Position numbers and translations under genes: made by a program. 64,000 nucleotides of DNA from Squalus acanthias (taxonomy: Eukaryota), in contig CM059431.1 of the NCBI GenBank assembly GCA_030390025.1, positions 101,062,001 to 101,126,000 of the forward strand. Direction: 5' to 3'. Shown here in pieces: positions 53,831-64,000 of this stretch; position 1 is the first letter of the stretch; each line of letters starts with the position of its first letter. The notes below the pieces were generated by a model. That model was not told the DNA's origin. It did no database searches and was given only the letters and a program-made list of their open reading frames with translations.

Positions 53831-54369
53831 CTTGAGCAGTTTTATTCCTTTTGGGTCCTTCATATGGTACCTACATGTCCAAGGATTAACAACTGTGGAG
53901 TTCCTGGCAGTTAATTAAATGGTGATTCACTGTTGGTTTATAGTAAGTATAAAGAAAAAATATCTTCACTTACACCCTAATTCAACTATGACTGTCACTC
54001 AAGTTTCCCAATACTGAGCAACTGCAGGTGGGAGGGGGGACTGATACAGTGGGTAATAGTTGCTTTAACCTATCCTCTTACCACTGACGAAAATAACCTC
54101 ATAATTGTGTGTCGAATTCTCTCAATTGGTAGCACTCCTGCCTCAGCCAGAAGGTTGTGGGTTCAAAGCCCCATTCCAGGACTTGAGCTTGAAACTTCAG
54201 TGCAGTAATGAGGAAGTGCAGCATTGTTGAATGAAGTGGATTTGTTGTCATAATTTTATCACAAGACTACATACACAAAAAAAAGACTGAACACATGATC
54301 TATCTTCCTCCTCAACATTATCTTAGTGTGTATTTTCAGAATGTTCTATTTTATTCTGACAATGACTTA

Positions 54370-55980
54370 TTACATAGGATATACAGCACAGAAACAGGCC
54401 AGTCGGCCCAACCAGTCCATGCCGGCGTTTATGCTCCACTCGAGCCTCCTCCTCTCTTTCCTCATCTAAATCTATCAGCGTAACCCTCTATTTCCTTCTC
54501 CCTCATATGCTTGTCCAGCCTCCCCTTAAATGCATCTATACTATTCGCTTCAACCACTCCCTGTGGCAGCGAGTTCCACATTCTCACCACTCTCTGGGTA
54601 AAGAATTTTTTTCTGAATTCCCTATTGATTTTTTTAAATTCGTTTGTGGGATGTGGGCATCGCTGGCAAGGCCAGTATTTATTGCCCATCCCTAATTGCC
54701 TTTGAGAAGGTGGTGGTGAGCCGCCTTCTTGAACTGCTGCAGTCCGTGTGGTGAAGGTGCTCCCACAGTGCTGTTAGGGAGGGAGTTCCAGGATTTTGAC
54801 CCAGCGACGATGAAGGATCGGCGATATACTTCTAAGTCAGGATGGTGTGTGACTTGGAGGGGAACTTGGAGGTGGTGGTGTTCCCATGCACCTGCTGCCC
54901 TTGTCCTTCCAGATGGAAGAGTTCGCGGGTTTGGGAGGTGCTGTTGAAGAAGCCTTGGCGAGTTGATGCAGTGCATCTTGTAGATGGTACACACTGCAGC
55001 CACGGTATGCCAGTGGTGGAGACAGTGAATGTTTAAGGTGGTGGATGGGGTGCCAATCAAGCAGGCTGCTTTGTCCTGGATGGTGTCGAGCTTCTTGAAT
55101 GTTGTTAGAGCTGCACTCATCCAGGCAAGTGGAGAGTATTCCATCACACTCCTTACTTGTGCCTTGTAGATGGTGGAAAGGTTTTGGGGAGTCAGGAGGT
55201 GAGACACTCGCCGCAGAATACCTAGCCTCTGACCTGCTCTTGTTGCCACAGTATTTATATGCCTGGTCCAGTTAAGTTTCTGGTCAATGGTGAGCCCCCA
55301 GGATGTTCATTGTGGAGGATTCGGCAATGGTAATACCGTTGAATGTCAAGGGAAGGTGGTTAGACGCTCGCTTGTTGGAGATAGTCATTGCCTGGCACTT
55401 GTGTGGCACGAATGTTACCTGCCACTTATCAGCCCAAGCCTGAACATCGTCCAGGTCTTGTTGCATGCGGGCATGGACTGCTTCATTATCTGAGGTGTTG
55501 TGAATGGTGCTGAACACTGGATTTCTTGGTGACTATCTTATATTGACGGCCTCTTCCCCACAAGTGTAAACACTCTCTCTGTATCTACTCTATCAAAACC
55601 GTTCATAATTTTAAAGACCTCTATTAGGTCACCCCTCAGCCTTCTCTTTCCAAGAGAAAACGAGACCCAGCCTGTTCATCCTTTCCTGATAGGTATACCC
55701 TTGTGTTTCTGGTATCATCCTTGTAAATCTTCTCTTAACCCTCTACATCCTTTTTATAATATGGCTCGAATGTTACCTGCCACTTATCAGCCCAAGCCTG
55801 AATGTCGTCCAGGTCTTGTTGCACGCAGGCATGGACTGCTTCATTATTTGAGGAGTTGTGAATGGTGCTGAACATCAAGTGTGGTCTAACCAAGGTTCGA
55901 TACAAGTTTAGCATAACTTCTCTACTTTTCAATTCTATCCCTCTAGAAATAAACCCGAGTGCTTCGTTTGCTTTTTGAAA
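54370..55980 (-). mobile_element. CR1 fragment interrupted by a Zenon-like LINE (54630-55516) and a short duplicate of it (55768-55875)
   Basis: ORFs IYKAQVRSVMEYSPLAW and QQDLDDVQAWADKWQVTF; CR1 homology on both sides; Zenon assignment is tentative. Confidence 0.8.
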
Positions 55981-56964
55981 TAAAAAATACATTATTCCCT
56001 TCCAGGAAACACAGTTCAAACAAAAACAAATCCCATATTCTCCAAGAGTTCTGGCATATTTCTAACACATCCACGCTCACCCCTACTGTTTAGGATTCCA
56101 ATTAATCCAACTGAAATATCTCAGGAAAAAACACATTAATAATACCAGTGACAGAATTATTTCAAAAGAAACAAGACCTCGGTGAAAAGACAAATGAGAA
56201 AATTCTAAAAGATAAAATGTCACTGTTCTTAAAAGCATCATTGTCAGAAGTGACAGGAAAAAAAGAGAGACGCAAGCTGTTAAATAGTTTACCTCCGTAA
56301 TATGGATACAGTTTTATTAACTTGGTAGTCTTAGTGATACCTGATTGACCAAAGCCATGAAATTAGTCCATGAACACTTTTATGCATGCGGCCCAGTGTT
56401 TACGAAGCTGTAAAGTGGTTTGGGACATCCCGGGGTCGTAAAGGACACTATATAAATGCAAGCCTTTCTTTCTATTCGTGTGATTTCTGAAAGCACTGCC
56501 TCCAAGGGTGGTGAAATGTCTATCCCTACCCTACTCCCCCATTTGTCGTTTTGCTTTAACTTTTGTACCCTCTTCAAATGATCCTGTAACCAATCGCTTA
56601 CAACGCATGTTTTAATCTAGAATCGAACACAGAAGGCCATTCGGCCATTGTTCCAGTGCCGGCGCTTTGAAAGAATTATCCAATTAGACTCTCCCCCGCA
56701 TCCTGCTCTTCCCCCACAGCCCTACAAATATTTCCTCTTCAAGTACATATCCAATACACTTTTGAAATACCTTGACTAATACTTATTTGAATTACAGGCA
56801 TCTCCTGCCTACAGTTAACAATGTTGACGAACTGGTAATTCAGGCAAGAAAGACCTGCAGGCCAGATGCTGATGTGTGAATGTGTTTTTCTTCTCCTTCA
56901 CTTCCTCCTTCTCCCACCTGCCCTGCTCGCTTGCAACACCGAATTAAGCCCACTGCTTACACTC

Positions 56965-58036
56965 AAAGAAAAAAAGACTTGCATTTATATAGCGCCTTTC
57001 ACGACTTCAGGACACCCCAAAGTGCTTTACAGCCAATTAAGTACTTTTGAAGTGTAGTCACTGTTGTAATGTCGGAATTGTGGCAGCCAATTTGCGCACA
57101 GTAAGCTCACACAAACAGCAATCTGATAATGACCAGATAATGGCCCAGAAATTAATGACGGAGCCTTCGTGCGGGGGTAAGGCTTCCCCGCGATATCTCA
57201 CTGCGCGCCTGCCTTTTCATTCCGAGCTCGCACGAACTTGATTTTCTAGACAGCAGCTGTGCAGTGCTTCCGTATCCTACAGGCGCAGTTAATTCGTGCG
57301 AGCTGTGGGATCACATGATTCAGTTAGAGCCAATGGCAGCACACCATCTTTCATTCATAGTTTTCACTGCAAGTGCTGTGAAAGCTATGAATCTATACCC
57401 CCTCAAAAGAACAGCTAAACCTCAATTAAATTTTTTTTTAAACCATCACATTAATAAAATAAGTATAGTTAAATAAATTAACCACTTTAAACAAAAAATT
57501 AAATTTTTGAAAAAATTTAAAATCTTTTAAAAAGTTATAAAAATAAACTTACCTTTCTTTAAAGTCTCTAAAAAAGATATACCTGTTGAAAAAAATTCAA
57601 AATAATACTTAATTAACTACTTACCTTGTTAAAAGAGGGTCTTACGCCTCCTTTCTTTATGTGCAAAATCTTCCATGCTTACCTGCGCGTTCAAAGCACT
57701 AAGTGCAATGCGTGCGCGCAGCCTGTAGCGCACACGCGGTTCACCTAGGAACCGCCCCCTTTTGAAATCACCAAGTGCCGGTTTTCAGCGCATGCGCAGT
57801 GCATGCAGAAAACCGGCAATTGGAGACAGAATACGCGAGAGTACACAGTGCGTACTCTCGCGTAGAGACACTAATTTTTGGGCCAATCTGTTTTAGTGAT
57901 GTTGGTTGAGGGATAAATATTGGCCCCAGGACACCGGAGATAACTCTTCTTCGAAATAGTGCCCGTGGGATCTTTTACGCCGATCTGACAGAGCAGACGG
58001 GGCCTTGGTTTAACATCTCATCCGAAAGACGGCACC
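56965..58036 (-). mobile_element. Deu-domain SINE split by a MITE; head replaced by the minisatellite
   Basis: SINE sequence GACCAGAT[AAT]CTGTTTT is restored when 57142-57884 is removed. Confidence 0.85.
57142..57884. mobile_element. PIF/Harbinger-like MITE with perfect 3-bp TSD AAT
   Basis: TIR GGCCCAGAAATTAATG / CACTAATTTTTGGGCC; TSD at 57139-57141 / 57885-57887; internal hairpins at ~57778-57816 and ~57832-57864. Confidence 0.85.
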
Positions 58037-58421
58037 TCCGACAGTGCAGGGCTCCCTCAGTACCGCCCCCTCCGACAGTGCAGCATTCCCTCAGTACTGC
58101 CCCTCCGACAGTGCAGCGCTCCCTCAGTACTGCCCCTCCGACAGTGCGGCGCTCCCTCAGTACTGCCCTCCGACAGTGCAGCACTCCCTCAGTACTGCCC
58201 CTCCGACAGTGCAGTGCTCCCTCAGTACTGCCCCTCCGACAGTGCGGCGCTCCCTCAGTACTGCCCCTCCGACAGTGCAGCACTCCCTCAGTACCGCCCC
58301 CTCCGACAGTGCAGCACTCCCTCAGTACTGCTCCTCCGACAGTGCGGCGCTCCCTCAGTACTGCCCCTCCGACAGTGCAGCGCTCCCTCAGTACTGCCCC
58401 TCCGACAGTGCAGGCACTCCC
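58037..58421. repeat. 33-bp minisatellite CCGACAGTGCAGCACTCCCTCAGTACTGCCCCT, ~11.5 copies, derived from a DeuSINE segment
   Basis: Contiguous with the SINE body at 57885-58036; the unit occurs once in intact SINE copies (e.g. 319-350). Confidence 0.95.
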
Positions 58422-58444
58422 TCTAACACCTGAGAGTTGAAGAC

Positions 58445-58850
58445 TTCATGTCCCCGCCTCACCCCCGACCCCCTCACCTTGCACTCGGCGACGTCCGTCT
58501 CGCAGAAGCTGACCGGGGCCAGGCCCGGTAGGTAGAAGCTCGAAGCGGCTCCCAACGCGGCCGCCGCCACCGCCAGCGCCAACACCGGGAAGGGAAAGCT
58601 CAAGCTCCGCGTCTCCATCGCCATCGCCAGCCGCCGCTCCTCGGATCCTCACCGACCCGACCCGCCCCGCCCGGACCGTCACAAACCCGACACGTCACCC
58701 GCCGCCCCACACAGTATTGTGGGATACTGGACGAGTCCTCCGGCCTGGGATTCTGCAAGAAGGGGAGGAGGAAAGAGTGCGGTGGGACCTGAATCGGATC
58801 GCTCTGCCACCGAACAGCCCCGGCCATAACGGGCCGAATGGCCTCCTCCT
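58445..58850 (-). promoter_or_regulatory. Small CpG island: promoter / 5' UTR / exon 1 of TM9SF2
   Basis: High GC and CpG density around the start codon; TGACGTG element at 58691-58697 and a Staf/ZNF143-like ATCCCACAATAC near 58714-58725 (minus strand). Confidence 0.7.
58478..58624 (-). CDS. TM9SF2: TM9SF2 exon 1 (signal peptide; MAMETRSL...FYLPGLAPVSFCETDVAECK)
   Basis: 147 nt, donor AAG|gtgagg, CpG-rich; a second in-frame ATG at 58618 could be the true start. Confidence 0.93.
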
Positions 58851-58865
58851 AGCATTCTGTTCTAA

Positions 58866-59870
58866 ATTGCACCCATTGCAAATAAATTGCATTGCAAAGA
58901 AAGCTGCACTCTTTGCAAAGGAACCTGCACTCATTGGAACAAAACTTGCAACCATTGCGAAGAAACCTGCACCCATTGGAACAAACTTGCACCTATTGGA
59001 ACAAAACTTGCAACCATTGCGAAGTAACCTGCACCCATTGGAACAAAACTTGCACCCATTGGAACAAACTTGCAACCATTGTGAAGTAACTTGCACCCAT
59101 TGGAACAAAACTTGCACCCATTGGAACAAACTTGCAACCATTGGAACAAAACTTGCACCCATTGGAACAAACTTGCACCCATTGGAACAAAACTTGCAAC
59201 CATTGCGAAGAAACTTGTAACCATTGGAACAAAACTTGCACCCATTGGAACAAACTTGCACCCATTGGAACAAACTTGCACCCATTGGAACAAAACTTGC
59301 ACCCATTGGAACAAACTTGCACCCATTGGAACAAACTTGCACCCATTGGAACAAAACTTGCACCCATTGGAACAAACTTGCACCCATTGGAACAAACTTG
59401 CACCCATTGGAACAAACTTGCACCCATTGGAACAAAACTTGCACCCATTGGAACAAACTTGCACCCATTGGAACAAACTTGCAACCATTGGAACAAACTT
59501 GCACCCATTGGAACAAAACTTGCACCCATTGGAACAAACTTGCAACCATTGGAACAAAACTTGCAACCATTGGAACAAACTTGCACCCATTGGAACAAAC
59601 TTGCAACCATTGGAACAAACTTGCACCCATTGGAACAAAACTTGCACCCATTGGAACAAACTTGCAACCATTGGAACAAACTTGCACCCATTGGAACAAA
59701 ACTTGCACCCATTGGAACAAACTTGCAACCATTGGAACAAACTTGCACCCATTGGAACAAAACTTGCACCCATTGGAACAAACTTGCAACCATTGGAAAC
59801 AAACCTGCACCCATTGGAACAAAACTTGCAACCATTGCGAAGAAACTTGTAACCATTGGAAAGAAATTGC
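58866..59870. repeat. Tandem array, 20/21-bp unit TTGCA(C/A)CCATTGGAACAAA(A)C, roughly 48-50 copies
   Basis: Directly visible; homogeneous core with diverged edge units. Confidence 0.97.
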
Positions 59871-59909
59871 TAATTAAAACCATTATGTCTTATATCAACA
59901 AAACACCCC

Positions 59910-60454
59910 CTTGCCACTCCTGGCTGGCCTCCCACATTCTACCCTCCGTAAAAGTGAGGTCATCCAAATCCCAGCTGCCCGTGTCCTAACTCGCACCAAG
60001 TCCCGTTCGCCCATCACCCCTGTGCTCGCTGACCTACATTGGCTCCCGGTTAAGCAACGCCTCGATTTCAAAATTCTCATCATTGTTTTCAAATCGCCCC
60101 ATGGCCTCGCCCCTCCCTATCTCTGTAATCTGCTCTACAGCCCTACAACCCTCCGAGATCGCTGCGCTCCTCCAATTCTGGCCTCTTGAGCATCTCTGAT
60201 TTTAATCGCTCAACCTTTGGTGGCCGTGCCTTCAGCTGCCAAGGCACTAAGCTCTGGAATTCCCTCCCTAACCCTCTCCGCCTCCCTACCTCTCTTTCCT
60301 CCTCTAAGACACTCCTTAAAACCTACCTCTTCACCTGCCTTAATATCTCCTTATGTGGCTCGGTGTCAAATTTTGTTTGATAATCGCTCCTGTGAAGCGC
60401 CTTGGGATGTTTTACTACATTAAAGGCGCTATATAAATGCAAGTTGTTGTTGTT
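59910..60454 (+). mobile_element. L2 3' fragment
   Basis: AARVLTRTKSRSPITPVLADLHWLPV; (TTG)n tail. Confidence 0.9.
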
Positions 60455-60484
60455 GAGCGTCAAGGTCATGGAGATTGCTCATTA

Positions 60485-60765
60485 AAAGAAAGACTTGGAT
60501 TTCTATAGCGCCTTCCATGTCCTCAGGACATTCCAAAGCACTTCACAGCCAATGAAGTACTGTTTTATTGATGTTGATTGAGAGATAAAATTGTCCAGGA
60601 CACCGGGGAGAACTCCCCTGCTCTTCTTCGAAATTGTGCCGTGGGATCTTTTATGTCCAGCTGAGAGAGCAGACGGGGCCTCGGTTTAACGTCTCATCCG
60701 AAAGACGGCACCTCCGACATCGCAGCACTCCCTCAGTACTGCACTGGAGTGTCAGCCTAGATTAA
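60485..60765 (-). mobile_element. Deu-domain SINE, partial
   Basis: Tail plus Deu core with an internal deletion. Confidence 0.8.
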
Positions 60766-61299
60766 GGCAATTCCTCGAGCAGCTCTCCTACAATTGTTAA
60801 CTTCATAATGAAACTGGCTTTGAAAGAAAACGAGAAAAGCATTTTAATGAAACTACAAAATAGCAGTGCTCAGGCCACCCCTAAGTGAAGTTCATTAGTA
60901 GTAAGAAAGAAATAGTAGCCAAAGGCAATGCATTTGCAATTATGATTTTTTTTCATACTTCTTAAGCAGTCAATAATCCCTTTGACCACTATAAATTTTG
61001 ATAAGTCCAAAGAATGCAGCTGTGCAATCTACAATTCCTCACAAAAATGTCTAAAGAGATTAATTGAAAAAGGGCGATCGAGCAGTGAGGTCCTAGAAAT
61101 GCTGGTAATTGCAGTAATAGAGTGATGCAAGCACACTGTGGGTGGTGGAAGCCAATCCTCTAGCATGCAAAGAAGGTTACATGCACTCGGTTACAGGTAA
61201 TATCAATACTGTCTGCGGAACACCAAAGCATTTGCAAGGCACCTGAAACAATGCACATCATGTAACGAAGTGCCTAAAGGCAAAGCTTGAGTATCAAAG

Positions 61300-61535
61300 T
61301 ACGACACATGAAACTGACGGGCAGGAACAGAGCAGCAGGTCCATCAAGCCTGCCCCACACCCATGACGGCCGGAGAATCGTGACTCGAACCTTCCTCCTG
61401 CAGCCATGTAATCTCCTGGGAGAGACTAAAAATACAGAGGAAAAAAACCCAGGGCCAATAAGAGAAAAAAAATACTCTCGAAAATTCCTCTCTGACTTGC
61501 TCAGGCGAACAAAACCAATCCAGGAGATCACACGG
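61300..61535 (-). repeat. Interspersed repeat (probably a LINE 3' UTR); inverted homolog at ~63585-63710
   Basis: Shared CCAGGAGATCAC / AAATTCCTCTC / GGCCAAT / TCTCCTG blocks in opposite orientation. Confidence 0.55.
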
Positions 61536-62023
61536 ACTAAGTGTTCTCTACAAATACATCTGTAGGAATGTAGAATATGTACACGCACTCGGGAAGGCCA
61601 TCGTCATTAAATATATGCAAACACACCTGCACTGAAATAAAACTATTTATCACCAATATCGCAACTAAAATAGTAGGATTAAGAAAATCACCTTACATGG
61701 CACTACCTGAAGTGCTCAAGTGACTGGCATGGGGCTTGAACCCACAACCTTCTAACTCAACGGCAATAGTGTTCCCCACTGTGCCACAGCTGAAGGTCTC
61801 TGTGGGCTTCTGTTCTCCCTGCAGCTCCACAGTTGGCTCTGGTGTTATCCGTCAGTGCGAGCCTTTCTACTTTACTCGCGCTTAGTAATTGGCCACATGC
61901 AGAACCAGAACCAGAACCAGGACGGAGAGGTTCATAGAAACACAGAAACAAAGCAAATTAAACAGGCACACAACGACAACTGCACAGCTTAATAAAATGT
62001 ATTCATTTTTAATGCCTCTTGTA

Positions 62024-62560
62024 CAACAACAACTTGCATTTATATAGCACTTTTAACTGAGTAAAACGTCCCAAGGTGCTTCACAGGAGCGAATATCAAA
62101 CAATATTTGGCACCGAGACCCATACTGAGATATTAGGACAGGTGACCAAAAGCTTGGTCAAAGAGGTAGGTTTTAAGGAGCGTCTTAAAGGAGGAGAAAG
62201 AGACGGAGAGGTTTAGGGAGGGAATTCCAGAGATTAGGGCCTAGGCAGCTGAAGGCACGGCCACCAATGGTGGAGCGATTAAAATCAGGGATGCTCAAGA
62301 GGCCAGAATTAGAGGAGCGCAGAGATCTCGGAGGTTGTGGGGCTGAAGGAGATTACAGAGATAGGAAAGGGCGAGGTCATGAAGGGATTTGAAAACAAGG
62401 ATGAGAATTTTAAAATCGAGGCGTTGCCGGACCAGGAGCCAATGTAGGTCAGCGAGCACAGGGGAGATGGGGGAACGGGAAGTTAGGATACAGGCAGCAG
62501 GGCTTTGGATGAGTCAGCTCAAGTTTATGGAGGGTGGAAGGTGGGAGGCCGGCCAGGAGA
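62024..62560 (-). mobile_element. L2 3' fragment
   Basis: Reverse complement of the 59910-60454 copy. Confidence 0.88.
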
Positions 62561-62939
62561 GTTTGTTATTCCTTCATTGCGCAGAGAAATAAAACATCAG
62601 CTGCCCAAAAAGCCAAACTGAATCTATGCCGTCCAGAGCAGAAAGTAAACAGCGGCGACAAAGAACAATTCCACGGTTGTAAATCTGTCCAATTGCAAAG
62701 TTCACTGGAAGAACTGAAAAGCGAGATCCTCACACATTTACCTTCCTGCCTACACTGACTGGTTTGTTGCTGGTGTTTGCTACACAATATCCTCCTCCTT
62801 GTACACCAAGACTTGTTCCTCATCCAGATCCACACTGAGACCTTCACTTCAATGTTGTGCAACAGACAAATATACTGCTATAGTTTTGCAACTTTGACAG
62901 TGACATAATTAAAGCCCTCCCTTGACTCGTCAGAGCATG

Positions 62940-63430
62940 TAAATAATAACAGAGAATGCCGGGAACGCTCGGCGGGTCAGGCAGCATCTGCGGAGAGAGA
63001 AAAACAGAGTCGACGTTTCAGGTCGATGACCTTTCGTCAGAACTGGAAAAAGCTGGAGATGTAACAGGTTTTAAGCAACTGCAGAGGCAGGGAAAGGGGG
63101 GAGGGGGAGGGGAGGAAAGAACAAAATGGAAGGTCTGTGATAGGGTGGAGAGATTAAATGACTAAAAGGAGGATGGTGCGAGGCAAAAGGAGATGGTTTT
63201 TGGACAAGTAGAGAAACAAAAGATACGTCTAGAGGAGGTGTAAATGGTTACAGCAGGACCATTACCAGCACCTGCTGTCCGAGAAAATAGGAGCAGTGGT
63301 TATGGTCTGAAATTGTTGAACTCAATGTTGAGGCCGCAAGGCTGTAAAGTGCCTGGTCGAAAGATGAGGTGCTGTTCCTCGAGCTCCCGTTGAGCTTCAT
63401 TAGAGCAGTGTAGGAGGCCGAGGGCGGAGA
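62940..63430 (-). mobile_element. Penelope-like element 3' end
   Basis: Minus strand reads LGLLHCSNEAQRELEEQHLIFRPGTLQPCGLNIEFNNFRP* (typical end of a PLE GIY-YIG domain), followed by a hammerhead-bearing terminus. Confidence 0.8.
63008..63044 (-). ncRNA. Minimal type I hammerhead ribozyme motif (Penelope-associated)
   Basis: AGUU-CUGACGA-A-AGGUC auc GACCU-GAAAC-GUC-GACU: complete catalytic core, 5-bp stem II, palindromic ACGU in place of stem III. Confidence 0.72.
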
Positions 63431-64000
63431 GGTCGGAGCGTGTAAAAGTTGTTTCATTGTTCTCAATGTGTGCTCAATCAGAATTTTGGTTTGCCCAATT
63501 TCTTCAAGCGAGAGCTGGACCTGTTTCTGGCCTGGGGCGGAGATCACCTCTTACAGAAGATAGGTACTGCAGGGAATTCAGGGCCAGAGTGATCTCCTGG
63601 ACTAGTTTTGATTGCCTAGGGAGGGTCGGAGAGGAATTTCACAGATTTTTTTCCCCAAGATTGGCCTGGGCTTTTATCTGTTTGTCACCTCTCACAGGAG
63701 ATCACATGGTTTCGGGTGGAGGGTGGGGTATATATTGTAATACACAAGGGGGGAGAAATTCAGTATCGCCCCGTTTGGGGCGCGATTATCGGCCGGGCGC
63801 AAAGTTTAGCGCCTGGTGCTAATTATCTCCTCCGACTACAAACTTGGCTTTTATCGCCCCTAGAGGTGATTGGAGCGCTAAATCAGGCGCTGCACACCTG
63901 TCTTAAGGTGCAAAGGCCGAGGAGCGAGGCGCTACCTCAGAGCGCTGGCGAAGCTCATGTGATGTCAGTCAGCAATGGAACACAGACACACTGGCGCTGG

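Larger units (their letters stand above)
7285..58624 (-). other. TM9SF2: TM9SF2 gene span (transmembrane 9 superfamily member 2), 17 coding exons, 653 aa
   Basis: Exons spliced by hand give an open 1962-nt CDS with GT-AG introns; motifs [51 protein letters not shown] and C-terminal YSVVKVD (KxD/E Golgi-retention type). The segment KHTHIDKPDCSGPPM matches TM9SF2 as I recall it. Confidence 0.96.

Noticed and set aside
57975..58440. Mucin-like repetitive ORFs (STAPPTVQ...)
   Set aside because: Translations of the SINE-derived 33-bp minisatellite
7353..58477. Intronic snoRNAs or U12-type introns
   Set aside because: All 16 introns have ordinary GT-AG U2-type ends; I saw no convincing C/D or H/ACA structure by eye (an Infernal/Rfam scan would be decisive)
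58037..59870. CRISPR-like regular repeats
   Set aside because: Units are head-to-tail with no unique spacers, there are no cas genes, and the context is eukaryotic
58695..59989. Long ORFs (167-378 aa) in several frames on both strands
   Set aside because: Artefacts of a stop-poor tandem array; the translations are periodic and carry no domain or splice support

Overview
Vertebrate genomic DNA, very probably a shark or other elasmobranch (inferred from the repeat set: Deu-domain tRNA SINEs, CR1 and L2 LINEs, Penelope). The window holds one complete protein-coding gene, TM9SF2, on the minus strand. I traced 17 coding exons by hand from ATG 58624 to TAA 7285; all introns are GT-AG, phases are consistent, and the CDS is 1962 nt (653 aa). 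It encodes a signal peptide, a lumenal domain, the nonaspanin membrane region and a C-terminal KVD. Most other recognisable sequence is mobile DNA: many CR1 fragments, one near-intact 3.3 kb CR1, L2 and Zenon-like LINE fragments, two SINE families, Penelope fragments carrying minimal hammerhead ribozymes, and three MITE classes (GG-ended with 3-bp TSD, hAT with 8-bp TSD, Tigger-like with TA TSD), often nested. The CpG-rich first exon/promoter sits between a SINE-derived 33-bp minisatellite and a ~1 kb 20/21-bp tandem array. I found no support for a wholly new biological system; the best leads are the hammerhead pair, the promoter arrays and the near-intact CR1. Repeat boundaries are approximate, and comparisons to human TM9SF2 are from memory.
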